NCBI RefSeq assembly: GCF_022045235.1
Contig: NW_027266275.1
Location: 31,248,001 to 31,312,000 of the forward strand
DNA: 64,000 nt
Origin: Haliotis cracherodii
Taxonomy: Eukaryota
Direction of reading: 5' to 3'
Shown here: one piece after another, positions 1 through 12,600 of the stretch
Numbering within the stretch: the stretch's first letter is position 1
Layout of the letters: every line of letters starts with the position of its first letter
Made by a program: the position numbers and the translations under genes
Notes under the pieces: model-generated
Told to the model about the DNA's origin: nothing
Database searches by the model: none
The model's input: only the letters and a program-made list of their open reading frames with translations

Positions 1-650
1 GACTGTCAAAGAAGGATCCAATGTGAGATGCACGTGGGACTTTGATGATGGAAAGGTGGAGACTTTTAACCAAGGAGCAGCAGACTGGTCGCTTAGGGCA
101 AGTACTCCTGAAATTCGTGATCACATATTCACAAAGGGCAAGAATCACAATGTCACGATTACCTGTTCCAATAATGACAGAAGCGAACCTCACTACCACT
201 CAATTCTCGTAATTCAGGGGGTTGATGATGTTCAGATTGAGCATGAGAGCGCCATACTCTCCAGTAGACCTGGAATCGGGCACTTTAGCTTCTTGACTTC
301 TGGTGTGGCGCCTAATGAGGCAAAGGCTGAGTTTTCATTTGGCGATCGTCAGCTTGAGACAAAAGAGTTGAGGATGAACTACAACTACACGCACGGGTAC
401 CGGGATCCGGGGTGTTATCAGGTGAATGTCAAGATTTCGAACAGAGTGAGCTCTAAGATCTTTAACAACCGTCGGATATGTGTGATTGAGAAGATTGAGG
501 GGCTACAGATTGTCACTGACCCTGTTGCTGCTGTGCTGAACAACTCTGTTGTTGCCAAGGTGATCATGCATCGAGGACCAACTGGTGCTGTTGTGAATAT
601 TACCTGTGACTATGGAGATGGAGAGGGGAAGATCTCATTCGCTAGACAAG
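1..650 (+). CDS. Gene A exon: PKD (Ig-like) repeats
   Basis: CTWDFDDG, FSFGD, CDYGDG; donor CAAG|GTACGT; paralogous to the 3' part of exon 48445-49866. Confidence 0.9.
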
Positions 651-3600
651 GTACGTTTTGTGCTGCGTACATACTTCAGTTGTCATGTATATTTAACATG
701 GGCAGATTTAACGACAGTGGAAACGTTTAAAGGCAAATCACGACGAAAGTAGTGGCAGGCTAATCGATGTGACATGAGGTATAGGTATCCATGAGGCTTA
801 AATCTGGCGTGGGCTTGGTCAGGTTGATGGTAGCGATGGGGGTAGTATTAATTGATGGTAGCAGTGGAGGTGGTATTGGCTGATGGCAGCGAAGGGGCTG
901 GTATTGACTAATGGTAGCGGTGGTATTGACTGATGTTGGATGCGGTATCAAAGGTACATGTATGAAGGTAGTTTAAGTGAAGGTACATGTGTGATGGTAG
1001 ATTACGTGAAGGTACATTTATGATGATAGTTGAAGTGAAGGTACATTTATGATGATAATTGAAGTGAAGGTATACTGTACGATGGTAGTTTAAGTGAAGG
1101 TACATGTGTGATGGTAGTTTACGTGAAGGTAAGATGTGCGATGGTAGTTAAAGTGAAGGTACATGTATAATGGTAGTTTAAGTGAAGGTACACTGTACGA
1201 TGGTAGTTTAAGTGAAGGTACACTGTACGATGGTAGTTTAAGTGAAGGTACATTTATGATGATAGTTGAAGTGAAGGTACACTGTACGATGGTAGATTAA
1301 GTGAAGTTACATTTATGATGATAGTTGAAGTGAAGGTACACTGTACGATGGTAGATTAAGTGAAGGTACATTTATGATGATAGTTGAAGTGAAGGTACAT
1401 TTATGATGATAGCTGAAGTGAAGGTACACTGTACGATGGTTGTTTAAGTGAAGGTACATTTATGATGGTAGTTTAAGTGAAGATACATTTATGATGATAG
1501 TTGAAGTGGAGGTACACGTGTGATGTTTTTCAAGCGAAGGTACATGTGGGATGGTTGTTTAAGTGAAGGTACATGTATAATGGAAGTTTAAGTGAAGGTA
1601 CACTGTACGATGGTAGTTTAAGTAAAGGTACATTTATGATGGTAGTTTACGTGAAGGTAAGATGTGCGATGGTAGTTAAAGTGAAGGTACATATATAATG
1701 GTAGTTTAAGCGAAGGTACACTGTACGATGGTAGTTTAAGTGAAGGTTTATTTATGATGATAGTTGAAACGAAGGTACATTTATGATGATAGTTGAAGTG
1801 AAGGTACATGTGTGATGGTAGTTTAAGTGAAGGTACATTTATGATGATAGTTTCAGTGAAGATACATTTATGATGATAGTTGAAATGAAGGTACAATGTA
1901 TAATGGTAGTTTAAGTGTAGGTACACTGTACGATGGTAGTTTAAGTGAAGGTACGTGTATGATGGTAGTTTAAGTGAAGGTACAATGTATGAAGATAGTT
2001 GAAGTGAAGGTACATTTATGATGATAGTTGAAGTGAAGGTATATTTATGATGGTGAAACCATAGTCAAGTTTTAACCTCTAATCAAAACCAATATGAGTT
2101 TTGACGACGTTTCATTCAACTCATCACAACAGGTAAGGGGATAGATGGGGAAGATTTGAGGTCCATCACCTACAACGAACTTGGAACGAAGACCATCACA
2201 TGTGACGTCAGGACCCCCCATGAGAATTTGACAACTTCGCATAGAGTGAACGTGGAGGTGGCTGTGGCGGCGGACAACTGCCGCATCACCACCAACCACC
2301 CCGTACAGCACGGAAGTAAGTACTTGAATTGATAAACAAATTGAAAAAACAAACAGATATTGTTTCATTCTTTTGCGTGTATACAGTTAAACCATAATAA
2401 AGCAAAGGGTCCCGTTCGCAAGATAATCGTCTCAATTGTCACGTCCGATTTAATACACAGTGACACAAATATGGAATAATGTACGAGTGTTGACCTGCCA
2501 ATCAACTATAGTACGGAAAAACGGGGTAGGTCTTGAACTGTAGGTCATTTCTAGTATAATAAACTAAACTGGCTGCTTGTCTTGTATACACCCATGCTTG
2601 ATGGTGGCTGAAATTGAAACAAGGAAGAATTGGTTTTGTGAAAGCGAAGCATTTGATATCATAGTTGTGGCTTTGAACTTTAGTAGTTTACAATGTTTCA
2701 TCGACTGTTTCCAGGTTAGTAACGTTCTGATAATGTTTGTAACTTTTTTTATCAAAATCAGTTTTCAAGTGCATACAATTTTTTCCCCGGCAGTCTACGT
2801 CTGGCCGTAAGAATGTTATCATTGCATTAGATTATATAATGCCTTAAACAGGCGCGAATTGAGCATGAACCCTAAGTGCTGTGTTTCTCACGTCTCCCTG
2901 CTAACTGCTAACCTACACCATGCAATCTGACTTATCAGACATGACTCAGGATATTATGAGAACTACTAGGACTGTTATCAATGAAACCGACCCGTGAAGA
3001 TCCGGGGTAGAATAGGTCTTCAGCAACCCATGCTTGCCGTAAAAGGCGACAATGCTTGTCGTAAAAGGCCCCTAACGGGATTGGGTGGTCAGGCTCGCTG
3101 ACTTGGTTGATGCATGTCATCGATCCAAACTGATGGATGCTCATGATATTAATCACTGGATTGTCTGGTCCAGACTCAATTATTTACAGACCGCCGCCAT
3201 ATAGCTGGAATATTGCTGAGTGCGGCGTTAAACAACAAACCAAGCCAACCAACCCAATGAAACCGAATCATCATATACAAATGTTTTGCATTCATTTCTT
3301 CAGAGAAGATCGTCTACTCGGTGCTCTGTAAGAAGGAACCCATGCCGACTAATGCCTTTGTCATGATTGACCATGGGGACGGTACACCCCCTCAAAAAGT
3401 GATGTTCTCCGGAAAACCAGGCGTTCCACAGACCATATCATACGACCCACCAAAGGATGGACATTTCATTGCCAAAATATCATTGAGCAATGGCGGTTCT
3501 TCAATAAATGCGACACTTCCGGTAACATATAATATATACCATGTTCCTTACCCACACCGCCTCCATGGTTAAGTGGTAGAGCGGAAGGTCGAGGGTTCGA

Positions 3601-6600
3601 TCCCCGGCCACGTCATATCAAAAGACGTTAAAAGATGGTACTTGTTGTTACACTATCTGGCGCTTGGCATTAAGGGGTTAAAGCAAGGGCTTGTCTGCTT
3701 ATGGAATCAACACGTGCATTCACGTCTCTATATAGTTCAATACTCACGTCTGGAATACACACGTGTTCATGCATGTCGCAATGCATTGTAAATGCAATAA
3801 TCTTGAACGCGACGTTAAACTCCATTTCACCTCATTTCAAGTAAAACAATACTGTGAAAGGGGCTACAACGTATTCCTTCAAAGAAGATCCGGGTTAAAA
3901 TTGGCCTTCAGTAACCCATGCTTGCCGTAAGAGGCGACTCACGGATTCGATTGGTCAGCCGCGCTGACCAAGTTGATGCATGTTATTGTATCCCAGTTAC
4001 TTAGATCGATGCTCATCCTGGATTATCGTGTCCATTATTTACAGACCGTGGTGATATAGCTGGAATATTGGTGAGTGTTGCGTTAATCAACAAGTAAACA
4101 GACATGTCATTCACGCATATTTCAGTCAGTGTGTTTCTTTCAATAATCTATTGTTATCAGGCCGGCAGTTACTCGCGTCTTGCGGGCAAGCCCAGAAACT
4201 TCAAGTGCATGTACAAACCTGTAGTCCCTGTCAACAGTAACTTGACAGGGGGAATTGAGGGCATCAACGAGAAGTTCCCCACAACATCTCCGCTTATATG
4301 CAACTTACAAATGGACCAGGGTAGGTCAAACACTCATAACCTCAATATAACTAATCACACCCCGACTTCACCTGTATGCGGCCAACAAGTAGGCCAGAGT
4401 GAGTTAATGACACTCCACCTGCAGTTATATGCGGCCAACAAGATGTCAGAGTGAGTTAATGACGCTCCACCTTCAGTTATATGCGGCGTACAAGGTGTCA
4501 GAGTGAGTTAATGACACTCCACCTTAACCTATATGCGACCTATAAGGTGTCAGAGTGAGTTAATGACACTCCACCTTCACCTATATGCGGCCAACACGTA
4601 GGCCAGAGTGAGTTAATGACGCTCCACCTTAACCTATATGCGGCCAACAAGTAGGCCAGAGTGAGTTAATGACACTCCACCTTAACCTATATGCGGCCAA
4701 CACGTAGGCCAGAGTGAGTTAATGACACTCCACCTTAACCTATATGCGGCCAACAAGTAGGCCAGAGTGAGTTAATGACACTCCACCTTAACCTATATGC
4801 GGCCAACACGTAGGCCAGAGTGAGTTAATGACACTCCACCTTCACTTATATGCGGCCTACAAGATGTCAGAGTGAGTTAATGACACTCCACCTTCACTTA
4901 TATGCGGCCTACAAGATGTCAGAGTGAGTTAATATACTCCTACTCCACTTATATGCGGCCTACAAGTAGGTCAGAGTGAGTTAATCACACTCCACCTCAA
5001 GGAATCTAGTCTAATCTAAGTGTCTCCAAAATAAGGCCTATGTTATGAAGTTTGAGATGACATTGTGGACCCGTAATGCAAAGTGCATCCAATGAGTCAA
5101 CACACGCCTTATACACTGTCCAATGTTGTGTTGGCAGGAACACCTGTAAATTACGTGATGACAGCTGCCCACGAGACAGGATCACCTGTTGTAGTGTGTA
5201 ATCAAAGAACACTTCCAATTAACTGTAAGATTGCAAAGGTAAGGTTATTTACGAATGTGCTAATTTGTGAAGGCACTACATAACATTTGACGTCATCAAA
5301 TAAGCAGTAACGTGTGACGTCTTTCCAACAATAGTACAGTTAGCTGTCGGTGTTTGAGATTCGTAAAATAACATATCAAACTGACTTACAAAATACGTAT
5401 TAGTTATATGAAGGATGACCCACTGAAACATCTTAGGAATTAACTGTCCCTCATGAAATCTGTCTCTCCCCATGGGTCAGGTTTTAACACATTACCCCTA
5501 ACTCTTCGTAACTCGTGGTTAATTTCTCAATAATTTACTAAAATACTTTTATGCATTATATTAAATACGGATATGTATCAGATAGAGAAAGATGAATAAA
5601 TGTTTGTATTACTTCTAACATATACAGATGAATTACTTTATATACCTGCAAATGTAAAATAGTTAAAGCCCACTTCTACCACCACAACGTACATTCAACT
5701 GCCTTACTGATACTATAGTTTTCTATATGGATATGTTAGATCAGAGAGAACATGCTAAGTAGTTAGAACAGTTTGCTTATCCGGTTTACCACATGACCTG
5801 AAACCATTTACATTTTCCCTCATAAAGATATCACTTTGTCAGGGCACTCGATGAGGTAGAAACCTAATACTCTCTATATATTCTTGCCTGTGTTTCAGCC
5901 TGGTTCATATGAAATTGACGTCAAAGTCATCAACCCACTAGGATCATCATCTCCCATCTCCGCAGACCTGAAAATGAGGGCTCCTGTTAAGGGCCTCCGC
6001 GTGACAGATCTCACTCCAAAAGCAAAAGTCAATGAAGAAAAGAAGTTTAAAATAACTTTTGATTCCATCGGTGATGAAACATGCTTAAACATCGATTTTG
6101 GTGACAATGGAGAAACATCAAATTATGGCGAGGAGCAGTGGTGTGATGACCCAAAGTCTTCATTTCAAGGTGGGAGCTATATCGATGAGCTGACGACCCC
6201 ACTTGAGGTAACAAGAACCTACTCTGCCAATAGGAACTATGAACTGAAAGTAACAGCTGCTAATGCATTTTCAGATGCAATAGCTTCTTTGACATTTTCA
6301 TTCAGCTCAAAGGGCTGTGCCAAACCTAAAGTTACCATTGAAGACGCTGTCGCAGACATAACGAGTCCAGTGATGTTTGAGAAAGGTGTCCGGGTTATCA
6401 TGAGAGGAAAGACCAATATAACCTGCAGTGCTAGCCTGAAGAATACGAAATCCTGGACTGTTGAAGAAGTGGACTCTGACTCTGGATCCACTCTCAAAAC
6501 ATTGGATGTCACATCTCAGACTGCAGAGTTAGTAATGAAGGCAAAGACTGTTCCATACGGTCTCTACAAGGCGTCATACAGTGTAAAGATGGACCTTTCT

Positions 6601-9600
6601 GACGGGAGTGATTTGGTTGAATCAGCTTTCACCTATTTCAAAATAACTAAATCGAAACTTGTGGTTGTGATGGAAACAGGAGGCATCAGTGAAGTTGACC
6701 GTGGTAAAAACCAGATGGTAACGTTCAACCCAGAACAATACTCCTTTGACCCTGACGTTGAGAGATCGGACGATCAGGTGGGTAACGTTTCTGACCTTTT
6801 TTTCAATCGGTACAAAACTTGTTGCATTTGTTTGACATTTTTGCAAGCGCATCATGCACTAAATGCGGGATCATCAACGTGTCTGAATTTTACTCGCAGG
6901 GCTTTGAGAATTTCACATGGGGATGTCTCTTGAAGAAGAAAGTGTCGCCTGAATCAGCGTGTGACTCCTTGAACTCCAGGACAGGCGGCTCCATCTCCTT
7001 CAACACAAGCGTCTTCGAGGCCGGGGAACAGGTACAGCTCACATGCAACGCGACCAAAGACACACGCTCATCTGTCGGGAAGATCATCATAAACATTGTG
7101 GAGGGCAAACCACTCAACCTATACATTGAGTAAGTCTTGATAGATCTTCAACCTGTACATCGAGTAAGTCTTTATAGATCTCAACCTTACACGAGTGAGT
7201 CTTTATATATCTTCAATTTGTAAAACGAGGAATGTCACATTACCTGAAAAAAATCAGCTTTAAGCCAACGTTAATTCAACGACCAACTCAGAGGATACTA
7301 CTAGTATCAAGTCCTTCGGGTAACCTTATTTGGAACAAAGACGACTCAGACTAGTGAAGATTATATAATGATGATATCAATTTCTCTACAATACACTCAG
7401 TCTGAGACACACGTTCTGGTATGCCTTCTTATAAGTGTCAAGCAAGATTGATGTTATCAAGAATAGCATGTATGTACATGTAGCATGGGTACAATCCTGA
7501 CTGTTGGTTCCAGGCCTGTCGGTGGCAGTATGTCGGTTCAGCTGGCTGACTCTAAGATGGTGTCCTCAAAGGAGAGGTTAGCTCTGAGGGTTCGCTGCAA
7601 GGACTGTGAAAAGGTCAAGCTGTCCTGCGAGTGGACGGCCTATTCGTATGCGGAAGGGTGGCCCTGGAGAGATTACTACGCGAACGAAGTGGCTGGCCAC
7701 ATCAACGGTGAGCGGACCGTACCTCTTCAACTATTAAAAGTTTAAAGCAGGATGCTAGAATAAATTATGGGGCGGTCGGGTAGCCTAGTGGTTAAAGCGG
7801 TCGCTCGTCACGCCGAAGACCCGGGTTCGATTCCCGACATGGGTACAATGCGTGAAGCCCATATCTGGTGTCCCCCGCCGTGATATTGCTGGAATATTGC
7901 TAAAAGCGGCGTAAAACCATACTCACTCACTAGAACAAATTCTGATCAGGTGAATTTACCAGTAGGAGCCTTTGGGAATGAACGTAGATCGATAGACTAG
8001 TTTGCAATGTCTTTTCTGATGAACAGCCTTACGCCGTACTGTCTGACCGCCTCCGCAGTCTCGTGGATAGAGCTTCTAACCAGAGAGTCGAAGGTCGGTG
8101 GTTCGATCCCCGGCCGCGTCACAGCAAACGACGTTAAAAGATGGTATCAGTTGTTGAAAGTTCGGAGTCAGAATAGTGTGGCTGAGTTTGGGATCCATGT
8201 TAAACTGAGGCTTGGTATATCAGGGGGCTAGCACTATCAAATCGGAATACGTCCGTGTTAGTACAAGCATGCCGCCACACAGAAACGTGCATGCACGTCA
8301 CTTTATGAGTGTACTTATCTTGACCTTATACTGTCTTCTGATTTCTCCGTGACTTCAATATTGACCTGTGAAGATCCAGGGGAAGAATGGATCTTCAGCA
8401 ACCGATGCTTGCCGTAAAAGGCGATTATGCTTGTCGTAAAAGGCGACTAACGGGATCGGGTGGTCAGGCTCGCTGACTCGGTTGATGCATGTCATCGATC
8501 CCAAATGCGTGGATCGATGCTCATGATATTAATCACCGGATTGTCTGGTCCAGACTCGATTATTTATAGACCGCTGTCATAAAGCTTGTATATTGCTGAG
8601 TGCGGCGTTAAACCACAAACCAACCAACCAGCCAACGACTTGTGGAAGAACAGACAAAATTCTATATCCTTTCCATATAACACGTGTTACGTTAGGCAAA
8701 CAGCTATGAATTAATTCCATTAACAGCTATTACATGACGCCATTTAATCAAATTTCTTGTTCATGTCCAGCGTGGCCATAGTCAGTAATATCATTCAATG
8801 CTAAACATGTTGTCTCGCTATCAGGTCTGAAGAAGGAAACCATCACGATCAAACCGTCCCTGTACAACATCCACGCCGATGTCACCAAGTACCGCTTCGC
8901 CTGCAAGTGCCGGCAAGGCGAAGGAGACTTCAGTAAAGCCGCCCTAAACATCGAGCTAAACCCCCCTCCCAAGCCCGGCACATGTGTCATTTCTCCCAAG
9001 AACGGCACCCTCAGCCTTGAAAACAACAGCCCTTTCAACGTCAAGTGTAGCGGATGGACGGACGAGACGGAGATTGTGGAATATAAGTTCTACTGTGAGT
9101 AACTGCATACGGATCAAGCGACACTGACAATTGTTTGTTCCCGATGCCTTGACGAGGCTTGCGTTCTTACTGGTTGTTTTTTTTGCAGTGCAGTTGTTGT
9201 CCAGTTGTATTACGACAGAGCTTGTTGAAATAAACGCAACGTTATACGTAACATCTAAGTCGTAATATGTGACCTCTACAGATTCCAAAGCGTTCTCCTT
9301 TCATTGCATTATGATCTAGCGTTTCTTATTAAACTGAATTTTCATACAGCATATGGTCCAACTGAAACCCTTATTGTACTTACAGGCACCCACAAGAGCA
9401 ATAAACTGCATAACCAGATCAATACATTCAAAGAGGCCGACGACGTCAACATCGAGCCCCCGCTGGGAGCTGACAATGATGACTACCGTGAAAACGTCTT
9501 CGTGTCCGTCAAGGACTCCATGGATGCATCGTACACTTACGACCTTGGCATCATACAGGTAGAACTTTTGTTTTAAGGCATTTGAGTAGTAAATAGATAT

Positions 9601-12600
9601 GTAAAAAAATATTAAATGACGGTTTTATATGATTAACTCTCTGGTGCCTGGAATAAAGTGCTTGCAAAAACAACAGCTTAAATTCTAATTGCTGATAAGA
9701 CATTCACATGCCTAGATTAGAGATTCCATGGAGGAGAACTCAGATCTTCAGACCTGATTTTAATCAGATTGCATCTGATGTGTCTTCCACACAGGTGTTC
9801 CCGCCTAAGAAAACTAAGATCGGAGACTGGTCGGCGCAACAGAAACAGTCCACTATAGCTGCGATCGAGAGGCTCAAGGCGGCTGGGGACCAGAAGATGC
9901 TCACCGAGAAACTCACTAAGCTTGCTTCAATGCTCAACGTCGACAGTAGGTGTCAGAACTTCACCACACCACAATTGTCAGTGTTGTGTCTGGTGTTTAA
10001 ATGTTTGTTTGGTTTGTTTGTTGTTGTTTTTGGTTTGTTTTTGTTTTTTGTGTTTTTGTTTGTTTTTGTTTTTGTTTTGTTTTGTTGGTTGGGGGGGTGG
10101 TTAACGCCGGACTCAGCAATATTCCAGCTATATGACAGCGGTCTGTAAATAATCGAGATTGGACCAGAAAATCCAGTGACTGATATCATGAGCCTCGATC
10201 CACACAATTGGCATTGACCACTCGATCCCGTTAGTCGCCTCTTACGACAAGCATGGGTTGGACCATTCTTACCCGGATCGTCATCGGTGGGTGTTGAAAT
10301 GACGACCACAGGAGTGATGACACAAAATTGATGCTTCACGAGACCCATTTATGAAAGTAGATATAATCATCAATGTTATCATCTTAACTCTCTGATTACA
10401 CAGTGACGATATCCGCTCATCCAGGAGTGAGTGTGGATTTTCATCAGTAAAACCCTCAAAATGCGGACTTGGTATAATTGTACTGTGTCCTTGGCCTTCA
10501 CTCACGAAACTTATTAATCAGAAGACCGATCCATCATGTTCAACCGTTTCGCGAACACCTGGTGTCATCACTGTATTCTGGAGTGTACACTTATGGTCTT
10601 GAATGTAGCACTTTGCTTTCATTTTTCTTGCATAAATACCAAGACGCTGTGTAACATCCTGGATTATTTTAAAACTGTTTCAGGACATACGTTTAATCGA
10701 GATACTTACGAGATAAACAATCTGTGTTTTCAATGTAGAGCAAGCTTACATGTACATTTAACTGGTACAGTTAACCGCGCTGAAGTGAATTTCGACGAAC
10801 GTGCAGCGTGTGTTTGCAAATGTTAAATTTAGACCTTATAGCACTTGGTCACACCGAAAGTCCAAAACGTGCTTATTGTCAGCCATTTGAGCATTTCTGA
10901 TAATTTTCCTATCAAGATGTCAGTCATCTGAACATAACTAATAAATATATCTGACAAGGTGTACCTTGATTGGCCATTCCGGTGGGTAGCGGGGGCACGG
11001 GTGGCCCAGTCGTCTAAGGCGCCGCGATTCGCTGTGCAGAGTTGTGTCCCTTGGGCACGCCAGAAACCTATGATTGTGGGTTCGAATCCCGGTTCGCCCT
11101 GATTGTGTTTCTAGGTTTGTCAGCACCATACCCGTGCTCGTGGGTTTCACCAAGGTGGTAAACGTCTGAGACCTGCATCACTTCGGGCTTTCCTCCCACA
11201 TTAAGCTTACACGCCGTGATATAACTGGAATAATGTTAAAAGCGGCGTTAAACCCAACTCAGTCAGTCAGTCAGTCCGGTGGGTAGCAGAGGTCTTTATT
11301 CTAACCTGGCCTTTTTATGCATCTTTTTGTTACAGAAGCTCATAACAATCCTGGTGCACCTGTGTCATCAACTTCTGACTTCAATGGAGGTGTGGGTGGG
11401 GGCAGTGGCATGGATGGGGTGAGTATTGGCTGTATTAACAGTATTATGCTTGGACAGAGACGTTTAAAAATGGTTCTTGTGTCACTTTAACCCTGCGTGT
11501 CCGTCATTTGTATTGCCATAAAATACATATCTTTGAAATGTCCTGCCGCATATGAAACATACACCGTTTACTTATCTAAATAAAATAAATGTTTGGCAAG
11601 TGTACTGAAGGCTAAGGTCAATGCGTGCCCAGTGGTGTCTTTGGGTATTCTAGGTTGGGGGGGGGGGGGGGGGGGGGGGGTATAAATATTGTTTGTTTTC
11701 ACTAAAAACATATATTAATATAAACTTCTACCGCCCTCCTTACTTTTGGAAAAAATGTTCCAGAGAAACATTTTTATGCAGCCTTATGGGTTTCAACTTC
11801 TTCTTTTCTTTCATTGCTGTGTCCTTATTGTTACTGCATATAGGTATCAATTTCAAGCTTGACTAAATTGAGATCAAACTTACCAAATGTATCCGATTTG
11901 TAACATTCCTAGGTTTCGAAAGAGTCCTCAACATCAAAGGTCTATTTATATTCAGCCATGCTAGCCAATGAATCACTGTACTGAATAAACAAAGATTTGT
12001 TTTGTTGTTTCCTATCAGTAAATATAATATAGGTCAGTTGGTATATCCTGCCATACATACGACACCCGACATCCCTACTATATGCACAACACGTGGTAAA
12101 AGTGGACATATTTGAAAGAAATATCTTAAACCAGACTTAAATCTTTCAATCCCCAAGAGATTGTCCTATTTTCGGTGTCCCTCCGCTGATTACCTCTGAC
12201 CCACCACCCCTATAACCCATGACCAGTTCCTCAATTGACCTTGAGCCGACCGTAAATTCGAGCATCATATCACATTATTTATTTTGTAACCTCATCTCCT
12301 TTACTTTATTCTAATTACACATTTAAATCAAACTGGCTGTACTGAATATATTTTTTCTCGAAAGGAAAATCCCTTCGGAGGTATGGACATGTCTGGATTC
12401 GGTGGAATGGATCTCAACGCCTTCTCAGGAAACATCAATATGACAGGCATACAATCTGGATTTCCAGGAGGTGGTGGTGGATTTCCTGGAGGTGGTGCAG
12501 GACTTACAGGAGGTGGTGGTGGATTTCCAGGAAGTGGTGGTGGACGTACAGGAGGTGGTGGTGGATTTCCAGGAAGTGGTGGTGGACGTACAGGAGGTGG

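Noticed and set aside
908-1926. His/Tyr-rich minus-strand ORFs (MYLHLNYHH...)
   Set aside because: Translations of the intronic minisatellite
4355-4998. CRISPR-like regular repeats (also 61043-61703 and 51019-51340)
   Set aside because: Head-to-tail units without unique spacers, no cas genes, eukaryotic intron context
7769-7845. tRNA-Asp gene (and other tRNA-like heads)
   Set aside because: No proper acceptor stem or poly-T terminator; fused to SINE bodies with tails and TSDs
9990-10100. Hydrophobic TM-like end of ORF 9708-10148
   Set aside because: Read-through past the donor at 9946 into a (GTTT)n tract at a SINE tail
11657-11679. Poly-G runs (also ~33618-33649, ~36422-36445, ~59769-59786) as functional G-quadruplexes
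   Set aside because: Simple homopolymers of unreliable length with no supporting context
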